Source: Setoptus koraiensis
Lineage: Eukaryota > Animalia > Arthropoda
Reading direction: 5' to 3'
Length of the DNA stretch: 64,000 nucleotides
Assembly (NCBI GenBank): GCA_048013815.1
Contig: CM106586.1
Location: forward strand, 19,964,001 to 20,028,000
The notes beneath the pieces are model-generated. The model searched no databases, was not told the origin of the DNA, and saw only the letters and a list, made by a program, of their open reading frames with translations. The translations under genes were made by a program, and so were the position numbers. Shown in pieces: positions 10,843-24,829 of this stretch. Positions within the stretch are counted from its first letter, which is position 1. The number at the start of each line of letters is the position of its first letter.

Positions 10843-13252
10843 CTAAAGAATCTAGCTATTAAGATAAAACGAAGGCGCCCATCATGGTTATATAGGTATA
10901 TTTGCATAATATATACTTATATACATCTATGAATTTTTCCTTTATAACCGTTAATCAAATATCTAGGTTTAATCACACCGTTTGTTATAATGCTCAAACC
11001 ATATAGTAGAATCTAACACCATGATATTGATTTGAATATATATCTGTATTGGATAACTTATCAGGTTCGCACAGGCTTAGATCCGTTTTGTGATACTATC
11101 CTCTAAATGTGGCTAAAATTTAATCAGCCATCATATTGCACCCATGGCGTAGATCGGGTTTACATGCAATATCATACATAGATAGCCAGCAAGCCTAAAA
11201 ACTGCCTACGATCATCAATACTTGCCCAACAAGCCAACCGGCGATCATAGAGATCATTTTTCAGATTACTATTCTAATATATATATATATTATCCAGATA
11301 AGAGAAAGAAGGAAACTGCATATCATTATCTTATCTATGACTCAAAATATTTCACGGATGTTAGATGTTTCATAATGATTGAATGATGTTGTCGTCTACG
11401 GAATTTAACAATCTACTAATGAGACAAGGCTATTTAACAAATGAATACTAAGCACTATACCTTTGATCAAGGTCCAGTCTAAATTTATAGGCGCACATCT
11501 TTGAATGAGCTGTTTCAATAATAGTTGATTCTTTATAACTCATTTCAACACTGTCAACTATTGCCACGAGTTTTGAACTCGACTACAAAAAACATATCTT
11601 ATCACCTAAATGATAACAAAGAAATAAAAGAATCCAGTTCCGGAATACTATACTACACTGTACTATACTGCCGACCTACTACTACTACTACATATAACAT
11701 GTATATCACCGACTATACTATGTCGGTGATTTTCAACAGACAGAACTTATCTGGTTATTCACTCATCGATGATTAATCTCTTCAGCGATATGAATGAATG
11801 AAGCTTGCGCTTTGTTGTCGCTTCAGGGTGATAATCAGAGCAATTTCAACTGATACTCTCGAATTTTTCTTTTAATTATGTATAATTGGTTTTTACTATT
11901 AGATATCTTTCTATTTCATCTTTGACTTTGTCTATTGGAAATTCTCAACCAATGCAATAGTATCTAATTCTTTTAGTGTGATCAAGTCAACAATTTACTC
12001 TTAATGGTTGATAGACATGTGTACGCTGTTTATTGATACAGAAGCAAATAATATCATAAGTAAATAATAGAAGAAACTTCACTACTACTGAACGATTCAG
12101 AAAGCTCAAGTTTATGAGTAATAGCTAATGATATTACGCAAAAACAGAAAGTAGGGCCATGAGTAGAGTCTGGTTTTAGTTCTAAGGAAGTCCTGTTCGG
12201 CAATGGAAGGCCGCGATCGTCACTGACAATAATATAACTAGTATTATCATTAGATTTTTATATTAATAGAAATAGTCAACAAGAGCGCTATCATTTGTTC
12301 TAGAAACCTATTATTATCGCACGCGATGCTCATTCTACTGTCTTTCTATCAAAGCCCGACAAACTTCTCTTAGGAATGTTAGTAGTAAGGTCGTTTCTTT
12401 CGGAAAGTGAACTTGAATGAGCCTTGTAGTAATGAGATATGCATTCAAGCAGTGTCATTATCAGAGTATGATAGGAGTGGTGTATCTATATTCATGACAC
12501 ATTCATAAAGAAGTATTGAGTGTTGTTAGGAATCGAACTGAGTTTGATGATACCATCTAGATTAATCTTACAGTTGGACATGTTATAACTTTGAGTGAAA
12601 GAGAATAGTTACATTATCTGGTTGTATTAGGTTAGTCTTAATAACAATGTTTTTTGTTGAAAACATTTCATAATCAATTACAAGAATGACTGACATCGCT
12701 CATGGAAAGTGTTCAAGTAATGGCAAGATAATAAAATTACTATCAAAGAAAAGTTGTGTGTGTACTTGAATCTAGAAAAACAAGAAAGAAAACACGGTAC
12801 TAGTGCATGACAGAGGATTTGATCATAATTGTAGTGATGATAATAAAAGAAAAAGGGAAAATAAGACAGTTGTTAGATTAGAGTGTAGCTGACTAGGATG
12901 ATATTCAGTACATGAGGATAGCAACCTTTAAATTACACTTCATGTCTGAAGTGAGTTATTTTGGGCATTCGCTTCCTAGTTTACTTCCACTACCATCCGA
13001 AGTGGCACTGTCATTATACCACAATTGGTATAACTGAACTTTCTTTCAGTTTCCTGGAATATATAGACAGAGTAAGACGGCAGAGAAAATATCTTTATAG
13101 TTCCCTCTAAAGAATAGAAATACATCATATTTGTATGGTGGTTTCCATGAGTTGATCAGCATTAATTAATCTCAATCAACTGTTCGTTTTTGTTAGCATC
13201 AATAAAATTTGTGAACTGCGAACGCATCGCTCAATCATAAGAAAGAGAAAAA

Positions 13253-14272
13253 ATGGCCATATATACAGCAATAAAAGTTGCAATCATATCATCCGTTATA
13301 ACCACTACGCTAATTGCGTCACAACATTCAAGTGAGTAACTGAACGATTAGCGCCAACGATTTTTTTTTTCATTTTAAGATCCAAAATCAGTTTCATAAC
13401 CAGTAGTAAGATCATCTGAATAAATATCAATACCCTGTCAATCGATTCACTCTATAGGCTCATCCGGAAGATTGACCAGTAAACAAGTAAACTGTTCAAA
13501 TATTGTTGACGTTCTAGATAAATGTGGTGCTTTATCATCTTATTCTCACACGGTGCCTGGTGCAGCCTATCCAACAACTATAGAAGAGTTAAAGATCGCC
13601 TGTCCGAGGCAACATGAAGGACTACATTGCTTGAGGCAACATGTAAAATGTCTGAAGCCTCTTACCAAGCGAGCAATTCTATCATTCGTTGAGTCAAGAC
13701 GAAAACATGTTAGGAAATTATGCACCGACATCAAAGGACAAGCTGCCAAAGATTTCGTGTCGGCATTTAAATGTATCCGCGAGGTAAGTATAATAAAAAT
13801 ACTCTTTATGCATCAATTTGGCAACCCTTCAATCTGTGTGGTTTGATCATCACGGGATATAATTATCTTAATTGCATTCATTTATCTACCCAAATGTTAG
13901 CATAAACACCAAAAATTTATTGATAGTGAAATAAAAGCCATAGCCAAAATGGAAGCTATCATAAGCGATCAAGTGAAGGATTTCAAGGAAAGATTCCAGC
14001 GATCGTGTTGCTCGATAGCGGACTATAAAGCTAGGACTCTCAACGATATGCAACCGGAATGCACCACTCCGGATAGGATCGCGGCCGTTGAGGCAGCCAT
14101 CGACTCTGTAGTTGGTGAGGCTCTAGAATTTGCTTGCCCTGATGCAAAATCGAGCATTTGTACAAAATTACCCGACCTCAAATTGGCCGACAAGCCGAGC
14201 GGCAAATCATTGACGAGGGCCGGCACCGATCTCATGATAATACTAACGGCACCCGAGGGTAAAGAGGCCTAA
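13253..14272 (+). CDS. Secreted cysteine-rich helical protein (mite-type DUF19-like family, tentative); exons 13253-13331, 13458-13783, 13901-14272 (258 aa)
   Basis: Exon 1 encodes a hydrophobic signal-peptide-like segment. Two GT-AG introns (126 and 117 nt) join three exons in frame. Spaced Cys pattern includes PTTIEELKIAC, a CC pair and a terminal C..C. Confidence 0.8.
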
Positions 14273-16015
14273 CAGTGGCAACTATTTTTGCATGGATTCT
14301 CTATTGAATCTTGAACATTAGTAGCTTTACTCTACATTAGACGACACTGGCATTTTTGATCCACGCTCAATGACATGATAAATAGTGATTGTAATAAAGT
14401 GTATACAAGATTTGATCGTTCCAACATTGACTAAATAGCTACTTTTTTTGTTCGTTTGTTTCGAAGTTGGCGCCTCCCCAATTGGCAAGATTTGGAAAAG
14501 TGTTCGCGCTAATTGTTTGCGCGCGCCTTTAATCTTTCTATTTATTTTACTTTTTACTAATATTGTTGTTGATCTTATTGTAAATCTGATTGTCGTTTTT
14601 TCTTTTCGACGATTCAATTTATGCAAAATGTACCTATCCGACATCATATCAGAGAAAATTTATGATTTAAGTTGGCTGGTTTGATGAGAAAATAGGATCA
14701 ATGGGATCTTCAAATATGCTGTCGATACATAGTGGGCAAGTTGTGTATTACAACACGTATTGTCTTTCTTGCAACAAGTGAGTACCAGAAGTGCAATAAT
14801 AATAATCATAAAATATTAGTTAAATTTACAAAATTCACAGGTACATTCTGAGACCATTCACATGTAACTGGCGACAATATTAGTAGTACAATTAGAATAA
14901 TATCATCACTAGGACCATTGGCCTCATGAACTTTTTACATTTGTTGCCCTATCTACATATTTATAAATGTGTGTGTGAGTACAGGTAGGTATACATTCAA
15001 TAATAATAGTAATAATGGTAATAATATTAATGACACAATTTGCATTCTTTCTCCATTTACATCACGTCGAATCCAGTCACGTTACTTGGTATACTACTGT
15101 TAATAATATTATTTTCTTTTTCTTTTATTATTGATACTTTTATTATTATATATTACACAAGTTTACAGGTTGAAATCATTCTAATCATAGACGTCGTCAT
15201 CGTCGCACATCATCATCATTATTATCATCACAATCATCAGATGATTTTAATCAGTAGTTGCAAAAGAGGTATCTAGCTTAAGATGCATTACTATTCTTAT
15301 TGCTACAGCAAATGAAGCAGCAACAATATCAACAACACTATCAACATCAGCAACAACAACAACAACAACAACGAGATTGGACAACGACAACAAAAGAACA
15401 AGGAGAAGAAGAAACGAGAAGTAAGAATTGATACATTCTGACTTATTGAGCACTCAATCAAAATAACCAGGTGATGAGACATGTGTCAGTGAGTTTCTTG
15501 CTTTAGCTAAGACCACACCAAGAAGGGCCTACAAGAGAAGGATAAGAAGCTACCATATTCTTTACCTCTAGCCAAAGACTTCACTGCAGAAACAACACTC
15601 CACATTTAGTATCAAGCAAGTATGTAGTCGAGAATTGTTCCATGTTCAAGGTAAAGCAGTTAAATATTCTGTTGTGTTTCTGCATGTGATTTCGTTTGCT
15701 GTGATTGTGTGTTTCAAATGGGTATTAGTTAACTTGGCAGGACTATATGTATGGGCACAATAGCACACTATTTCTCACTTTGTCGTTGTGTGTGTATCAT
15801 CAAATGTAGAGCAATAGGAGGGCGGCGATCCAATTAAGGGAGAAATACTACTTATTCACTACTTAACTACTGAAAATATTTTTGGAACTATGATTATCAG
15901 TGTATGAGATAGGAATCATCTAAATGTTACACAATCACTATGTGTGTCCATCAGTTTGACAATTATAAATTTAGTGTGTTTAATTATGTAACCGGAGATG
16001 GGAGCTCTTTCTCTT

Positions 16016-18562
16016 CTACTTGGTCGATTGCTGGTAGACATTGCTTGATATCCAATCAGAAGAGCTACTCACCTGAAATGACGATGATAACAAGATTTGA
16101 GGGCAAAGGCGAAAGGAGGACGAAAAATAGATTAGCAAATGTGTCAGCTATACTAGAATGCCCTCATACTAATGCTCAACTCGAAGGTTTTTTTAATCAC
16201 CACCAGGGCGGCGCGTTTGAATTATCATATGCAGATTGCACAATGCAAAGTGAACCAGTAGCAGTTGATCACTCAGAGTACCGGTATATAAACATACGCT
16301 GATCTGGTGGAATGAATCAAAATAGGTAAACATTTAGCGTAACACTGTGCTTGTGTGTGTGCATTAAAACACGCTCTTCGCGCTCCTGGTGGAACTTCGA
16401 GATGTTGATTGGCAGAAGCGCATACAGTGCGCACCAGCAGTCGCTTGGTCAGTGGTGGAAATAGTCAAATCTAGAAAATGAAAATACTCACTCTATGATA
16501 GATACCAGGCTGATACTGTTTGGCACAAGAATATCCTGCTGAAACTATCCCAACTAGGTACCAAACTCCGAATTGATTGAGCATTAGAGGTCCACCGGAG
16601 TCTCCCTGATAGTTATCAAAGAGGTAAAAGTTGTTGTTGTTTATTTATTGTTATTGAATCAATTCTCACTTGCATGTGTATATCTAATTACATCGTCGCA
16701 GACATTGCTGTAGTGAAAGATATCTATGTGTATTACATAAATGTTTGGTTGATTTAAGCTTACCTGACATGCATCCCTCTGGCCAAGTTCATAACCGGCG
16801 CACATCATTTCATCATATATCCTAATATCTATACCTTTTCTTCTATGCCAATTTTCACATACATTATTTTCTATCACAGGAACAGCCACATGTTGTAGTA
16901 CTTTAGGACGCAACTTGGAACCTAACGGATGAAATGCATCAAACAAACAAAAAGGGAGCATACATAATTCTTTAATAAAAGCAGTATAGAGGTAGATTGA
17001 TAAGTTGGAGAAGATTACACCTCATTCGAATGACCAGACAAGTAGTAGTGATAACACACCGACACACTAGAGGTCATCCATATAAATCCATGTAAGTCGG
17101 CCAATCTACCAATTCAAAAGTATTTAGACTATCTAGCTGTCTGGCTATATCTCATGAGCCGACCAGGTATCAGCTCCGATAATGATCAAAAAAGATTGTG
17201 TCGCCCACTAGTGTTTATCTTTTTCCATCCTTCTCTAATATATCTCTCTTTTTCCAATGTGCATTTGTACTTCTGTTATCAGACACCCAGGTTCCCGCTG
17301 AGTTGATTAATATGACTAACTAGTTATAGCTCGATAAAGAAAGTTGTGGTCAACTAGTTGTTACATAATGATGAGTTGGTAGTTATCTTCATCTAAGTCA
17401 TAATTTTCAGAGCGGAATAAGGTTAGCCAATAGCAACAACAGCAACAAGTATGACAGGAGATTGGCTTAACTAGAGAGTCGGTTTTCTTCTCTTTTTTTT
17501 TCTGTGCAATGTTGAACCGAAATCACAACAACTACCACTATATTTCGACAGGCAAAGTGAGTTTATGAATAGAATCAACAATGAACTTACCTGCTTGAAG
17601 AGCACCCCAACCGGCAACGTAAGCAACTCTACCAATATAAGCGGCGTCTTTTTGGGGCAAGCAAATTGGTTTGATATTATCTTTGTATTGGGCTGATCTA
17701 TCCAATACGAGAACAGCAACATCATAACGATCCGCTTGTGGAGTAAACCTAAAATTTGGATGTAACAATACATCTACAACGGAAAATACTTCGTGCGGGA
17801 GGCTCTCAATATCAGAATTAAGTATATAGTCTCCCAATGTAACTTTGATACTAGAAGGGTTGTGTTGTGACCTGTGTGTAATTACAGATAAGAAGATAAT
17901 TTGATATAGGGGAATTATATAGGAAGAAATAGATGGAGGTAAAGATTATTAGAGTAGTGGTATTACACAATTTAGATAATGATAAAGGCTTCGCTTGGTG
18001 AGTCGACTAGATCATAGAAGATAGAATATGCAAAAGTGATCAAGAAAAATTCCATCCCATAAACATAGACTTCTTTCTCATCTGATACATTGCCTAGCAA
18101 ACTTGGTTGTTGACACGACCAAAACTGACACCAGATAATACTATCGCAGATATAAGCTACGTAACTAAATTCGAAGCGAATGTCTTTCGGAACTCACTGA
18201 ACAGTCTAATACTTCATATTATTTATTTTAGGCAATTTACTGGTCATTAGTGTATATTTACATAATACCGTTACACAAAATATGTGAATGTGCACATGAA
18301 TATCAAGAAGAGATTGGCGGAATACCAGATCTTATTGAGCTTGGTCGAGACTGATTTAGATTTAAGCAAACATAGAGCGGAGAGTAGAGATGCTTGAAGA
18401 AATTCGAAGTAAGGCATTATCAGCGAGTTCGCAAGAGAACTTGCTTTCTATTATCAGAAATGGTTCTGGTTCATTGGAGTAAGCTTTCACAATCAGCCAA
18501 CTTGAGAAAAACTCGATTAGGTGCAAGCTTCTAGATCATCTAGTTTTCAAAGTCAAACAATC

Positions 18563-18628
<66 letters not shown>

Positions 18629-21600
18629 GGACAAAAGGTTGCAGACTATTCTTGGGAAGCCTCGATGAAAGCGATTGAGTTTTTATTATTGCAATCACTG
18701 AAGACGAGTACCAGGCAACTTGATAACAACAATAATTCTTCGCTTTCTTTCGCAGAAGAAAAATGATGATGATTTTTTTCTTTTCTCACTCTTCAGTCGA
18801 CTTAACTTGTTGCATGACACTGACAAAAGAAGAACATCTCTCAATCTCCTTTCTCTGCCTTGGCTTTTTTTTCTCACTCTCATCCTTTATAGAAAAACTG
18901 CTAGCAGACAGTGAATCTAATGGCCGCTCTTCTATTTGTGACTTTTCATATATCATATTTAGCAAGCCAAAAGGAGAAATTCGGATTAGATACCGAAGAA
19001 ATATTAGAATGAATGAGTAGTGCAGTGCTGCGAGTTTGAGCACCTGTCAGGAAAAATGTACTCGTACAATATATTATTGGCGAATAAAAAGAGAATTAAA
19101 CTTACCTTGCGACGCAATGTCCAGCCGTAACAACATGACGTGAACTAACAAGTGCACCACCACAGCGACTACCGCCCACTTGAACAAATGCTTGCCATGG
19201 GAATTGACCGAATGAAGCATCCGATCCACCTACGATCCTACTTATTTTCGATGTGCTCCGACCACAATCTGAATAGATGGAAAGTAAATTTAATCATTAT
19301 TATTATTTCCAGATTGATCATGATGATGATGTTGATGGTAATGATAATCATGATGGGTAAATACGGGGCGAGATTGCGGAGAAAGCGATTGTAAGGGAAC
19401 GGGCAATTTCTAGGAATTTATCTAGATGAAATGAACCGGAATGAAGAAGATGTCCGAGAATCTATAATAGAATGGCGAGTAAATTTTATTGCGCTAGTGT
19501 TAACGCGCATGAGTAAGCATATATAGTGCCAGGGATGATGTAATGCCGCAAAGGTGCACCAATTAGCCGCTAAAATTGAACTATCGCCTGGTAACCAATA
19601 GTCATAATGATATGAGTACATTAACGACATGCGGCTGCCACTTATTAGAAATGAGAATTGACCGGCCATGAATCAGTTGAGCTCGCTATAAAGGAAACAG
19701 TGTGATGCCATCCATAAATATCATCATAATCTTGATCAAGGGCCATGGAAGAGAGTAATTCCTCTGCATGAAACATGATAATATTTTTCTCTCTTTCTCT
19801 CTTCTTTCAATCGGCAAATTTGCATAAGAGAGAGAGAGGGAGAGAGATGATTATCATGATGGGCAGTGCAATGATGGCCCGCCAGCATCACCATTGCTCG
19901 CTGCATGATAAACAAAGACTTGACTGGCCTAATAATAATATTAATAATTTGTAGATTAGACTCGCCGCGGCTCGCAATTCGCCGCTCGCCGAGTTAAAAC
20001 AACAAATGTTTCGCAGCTGCATCCGAACAGGTACCTAATAATCATTGATTATCAAAGATGAACACTTGTTGTTGCACTTGTGCTAATATCAGCTTTGCAG
20101 CATCAAACATTCGTGATAGTGTGCACTAGGTCAGTGAGTCAATGGTGGATTTGAAAATCCTCATTGTTGACCTCGTACAAGGACGTCTAATGTTGATCAT
20201 TATTTCCATGCAAGCCACCACCTTTTGGCTAAAGCAACATCAACAACAACGCAACACAACAGCGCAGCTACTATGCATATCTTTTTGCTTGCAACTTATA
20301 ATAAAATACTCTATTTACTTGTGTGAAGTCTATTAATATAAGAGAGTGACCAAAGACGCAAGTTAACAACCTTACAATGTATCTACTATTTATGTATGCA
20401 TTTTGGCATATCTTGGCATAGACACAACAGAGAACAACATGTGACGACTTTGCTAATAGTAGACGCAGAAATATGAGGATAGTAGATGTTCGATATGAAT
20501 ATCTCGCCTGGTTTGAGCATTGCGTGAACTCACAAAGATCATTAGATGCATTGCGCAACAAGTTTCATAGGCAGCATTCATAGGCAGTGTTTATCATGAG
20601 GCATTAATTTTTACGATTAAAAGGTGAGAGTGTTTAAAAATGTAAGCATCGACGATTGTAATTGTGCAACTGTGCGCAAATGACCGTTTACATAATAATG
20701 AACATTCATATCTACAGGAGCAGCGTTGCGTAAAATGTGTGTGTCTGCCCATGCCCAGCTACTAATTAACGTGATGATTATCATTATCATCTGAATAGTA
20801 GTAGCAGAAGTATATATATACATTGCTACTACTATTCGGTTTGCACACAAGATGTCTGAATTCAATAAATCTCTTGGCTCAAGTCTGTTGTGTGTGTGTG
20901 TGTGTGTGTGTGTGTGAACATATCGGCTTCGATCATGGTAGCGAAAACAAAAATCTAATTTAGTATAAGCTGAAAGGCTTTAATAAGATTATATAATAGC
21001 TAGTAGACGGAGACGAGATAATCTTAGATAAGAGAAAGTGAATGTATATATACACCTCGTTGATTGCGTCATTTGCATATAATCAGCTAGCACACATAGC
21101 AAACTAGTTGCTGCAGACAAACTACTATTGGTCAGCTAAGAATAGCTACCACTAGCAAACTCAACTAGTGCGCCGCTCTACTGGCTAACCAGCAGGTGAG
21201 TGTTTATGGGATAAGGAGCTCAGGAAACAATTGTCCAGTTGAAACAACAACAGATACTTACATGGATCGTTTACCACGGGACCGTAGAAAACGGGCTGTA
21301 TCTCAGTTCGACTAGGAGTAACACAACAGGTCATGAGAAGACCACACGAGGCTCCTAATGATCCGCCAGACATCCAACAAAAGGCAAAGAATTGACATTT
21401 TGTTCCACCGACGCAACCTTGATTGAAGCGACTTTTGATTTGCATTTGAGGTAGCAATTGTTGAACAAGACCGTTTGTCAATGTGGAACGGCGTTCATTT
21501 GGAAAAGAGCCATTGTCGCGTTGATGTTGAGGCTGAGGCTGAGAATTGATCACCTGCTGACTGGCGCTTGTTTTGTTTGGATGTATAGAGCCCACTGTGA

Positions 21601-23404
21601 GGGGCTGCTGTTGCTGTTGATACTGCATTTGATGTTGGTGGTTGTGATGGTATTGGCCATTTGTATCAATATTGTATTGGTGATGATGATGGTGGTGGTG
21701 ATGATGATGATGGTGTCTATCGCTGTCACCCTGGTCGAGTGGGCCAGCTAATGTGGACGTAATCACTTGTTGTTGTGCTGGTTTGCTTGCTTGTGCACTA
21801 TGGATTATGGGCGCTAAATTATGGTAATTGGGAGGCATGGCATTTATTGTGGAAGTTGAAGATTCTGTAGAGTAGGCAATCACATTTGACAATTTCTTTT
21901 TTAAACGTTTCCTAAAATTTTCTTTGTTGTTGTTGTTGTTGTTGTTGTTGTCATTATTATTATTGGTGCTGCTAATGCTGCTATCACTAATTACGGTGGT
22001 TGTATCACCTGGAGACGTATCATAATGATGATGATTTGTATCAAAATTAATTTCATCATCTTCTTCTTGGCCATCTTGATGTTGATTGATTATTTTCTGT
22101 TGTTGTTGCACAGATAACCTTGGCCTATCATTATTCTGATTATTTTGATTATGATTATGCAGGGCAGCTTGCTTGATTGGCATAAACACTTGTTGCTGTT
22201 GTATTTTGTTGGCTGCTTGCGTAGTTTCTGGTTGCTGGCTGTGATGCTGGGGGTGCTGGTGCTGAGATGCGGGCGCAAATTGAATTATGGTCGATTCTTC
22301 TGTGTGATTATTGGCAGAGTCATTGTTCATAAAATCGTAATCTATTATGTTTAGTGTTGGAGAGGGCGACGGATGTTCGTGGGGCGACGGGGGCAGTTGT
22401 TGATTGGCAGAGGCAGCGAAGCTCAAATGAGGCTCTGTTGGTGGTGATGCCAATGATAATGTTGGCGATGAGGCGCTAATCACTGGCGCCAAATGATGTT
22501 CTTCGCCTTCTTTGTTGTTCTGCTGGTTATTATTATTATTATTATTATTTGTAGTAGTTAACAAATCAATGATGCCCCTGGCAACTGTTGCATCATATCC
22601 ATTGAGCACCCTTTGCGATTTTAGATTGCCATTCATAATATCTAGTGCCAATTTTAAGATTGAACGGGCCTCATCGCGACTTCTTTGAGGTGGCAGTGGT
22701 GGTAGTGTTAGTGGTGGTAGTGATGATGATGATGACGCAAGAGTTTGCGTCACCGCTAATGATGGCGCAGATCTAACGTCCAATGTGACTGTGGTTGCCG
22801 CCGTTGTTGGCGTTGATATTGAATCATTCTCATCGATTATGTCGTCGTCTATTAGCCGTTCGTCATTAGCATCTGGTTGGAGCGGCTGATGATGCCTTGA
22901 TTGTTGCTGTTGTTGTTGTTGTGGCTGATATGATAGTTGTGATTGATGTTGTTGACTTAAATAGTGATCTCGATGATGCTGTTGCAATGTGATAGGATTA
23001 ACTATGGCATTTGTTGTTGTGTGGGTCTTTGTTGTTGCTATAATATTAGTTTGGGGCGACAAAGAGGAGGAATATGTTCCTGTGTGTTCTATTGTGAGAA
23101 CATTTGGTTGTATGGAACTTGTGGTGGCTTGCTGATGCTGGCGAGGCTTGTTGTTGTTATGGAAATGGGTATTGCTGTTGATGGCAGACACTAAATGTGA
23201 TGAATATGGATTATTGAGAATAATATCAACAATTAAAATTGATATGAGCGCATAGTAGATAAATAATGACAATAATACAGTAGGCGATAATAAACAAGTT
23301 CTCAGTAGCGACTTAAATGTGTGATATGTGTTTAATTTTAATTTCGTCCTATGTTTCGATGGTACCAACAATGGGGCTTGTGTTGAATATGATGCCATGA
23401 TCAT
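16016..23404 (-). CDS. Type II transmembrane clip/disulfide-knot serine protease, Stubble/CG8170-like; exons 23404-21262, 19268-19106, 17871-17591, 16921-16764, 16605-16492, 16072-16016 (971 aa)
   Basis: All five GT-AG introns are phase-consistent (total CDS 2916 nt). N-terminal signal anchor, Cys knot (CVGGTKCQFFAFCWMSGG...CG...CC), activation site R|IVGG, and triad TAGHC / RYDVAVL / GDSGG. Confidence 0.9.
18566..18625. repeat. (GA)30 microsatellite in protease intron 2
   Basis: Perfect dinucleotide run read directly. Confidence 0.97.
20889..20916. repeat. (TG)14 microsatellite in protease intron 1
   Basis: Read directly. Confidence 0.95.
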
Positions 23405-24715
23405 AACTATGTGGCAGCGATATGGAGACAATTTGACAATAATTACGATTATAATGATGAGTGTTTGTCGAAGACAATTTAATCAAACAAGGGGATAACA
23501 ACATGGATATTCTGCCGAGATCCATGTTTCTTCGACATAACAACCGATCTACAACCAACAAGTGTCTTCTGTGTACTGTGTCCTAAGATCATATGCGCCG
23601 CTTGTGAGTAGCTCTCGCTCGCTGTGTCTAAACTCAATTTTCTTTTTCGAAACAACAACAACAGCAACAACAAAAGTGAAGTACGCTAGCTCTTCTTCTT
23701 CAAAACATTCCTCGACGAACGTTCGAAACTCTCAGCTGATCTAGCTGAGAGAGTTTCGAACAAGCTGCCACTACTTCTATAGCTACCACTGTAGTAGTAT
23801 AGTGAAAATATAGCCAGTTGCCGAGTCAGTCTGGCAGAAGAAGGCGCACATTGGAAAGGCATTCACACTACACACAAGGACCACTATTCTCTCTCTCTCT
23901 CTCGCTCTCTTGCTTGCAACAACCACCACACCAATCAAGCCACTACCACTTGTTGTTGCTGCTGCTGTTGTTGTTGCCGTTGTTGTTGCACTGGCACTGA
24001 GCCACAGCAATTCATTCGGCCATCCTGTCTGTTTGCCCATATGTCTGTCCGTCTGCCTACCTGTCTAAACAGTGTGCAGAGAGAGGGAGAGAGAACTCAC
24101 CGGCTTGCAAGTTAGTTAGCTTGCAAGCAGGACTACAAGTTACAACAACAGCAACAACAACAACAACGACAACAACGACGACGACGCCAGCCAGTGGCGG
24201 TAACGGTGCTATTTCTCAGCTCGACATCATATATTATTCGGATAGACTCGGCGAGACCTAGAGATGCCATTTCAGCATCCATCTAACACAAAAAGGAAGG
24301 AGAATAGGCGCTACATTTGAATTGAATTAGGTCAGCAGGCACCAAACTAACCGATATGAGTGGAACCAGAATTATGAAAGTTATTAAATTATCTCTGCGC
24401 TGTGGGCGACTATATGCGGCCACTTGTTGCGTAATCATTGGCGCCATCATAATCGATCGATGCAACCACGGCGGCAGCATCATCATTATCGTTGTGCACC
24501 ATAGTTGGCAATGTCAACCTTAGAGGGCGTCTAACCATTGCGCATCGAGTCGATTGTGACACAAGATGTTGGCCTTTTTTCAGTTTCATTTTGTGTCATC
24601 GTCTCGTTCAAGCCTATTTAGCACTTACTTATTGGGGTGTCTTGGCCGGCATGAGCCTAGCGCTCTCTTTTATACGAACTCTAAACTAATTATAATCATT
24701 AGAAGATATCGCAAC

Positions 24716-24829
24716 GCTGATAGAACCGATAGAGTTGAAAGAGCTGATAGAGTTGATAGAGTCGAAAGAGCTGAAAGGGTCGATAGTGCCGAAAGAGCTG
24801 ACAGACTTGACAGAGCCGACAGGGCAGAG
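24716..24829. repeat. Degenerate 9-nt tandem repeat (~12-13 units, GYNGANAGA-like)
   Basis: gctgataga accgataga gttgaaaga gctgataga gttgataga gtcgaaaga ...; translates as (A/V-D/E-R)n on + or (S-A/T-L)n on -. Confidence 0.9.

Noticed and set aside
10900-13250. AT-rich stretch scanned for a decayed gene
   Set aside because: Only short frames with no family motifs; treated as intergenic.
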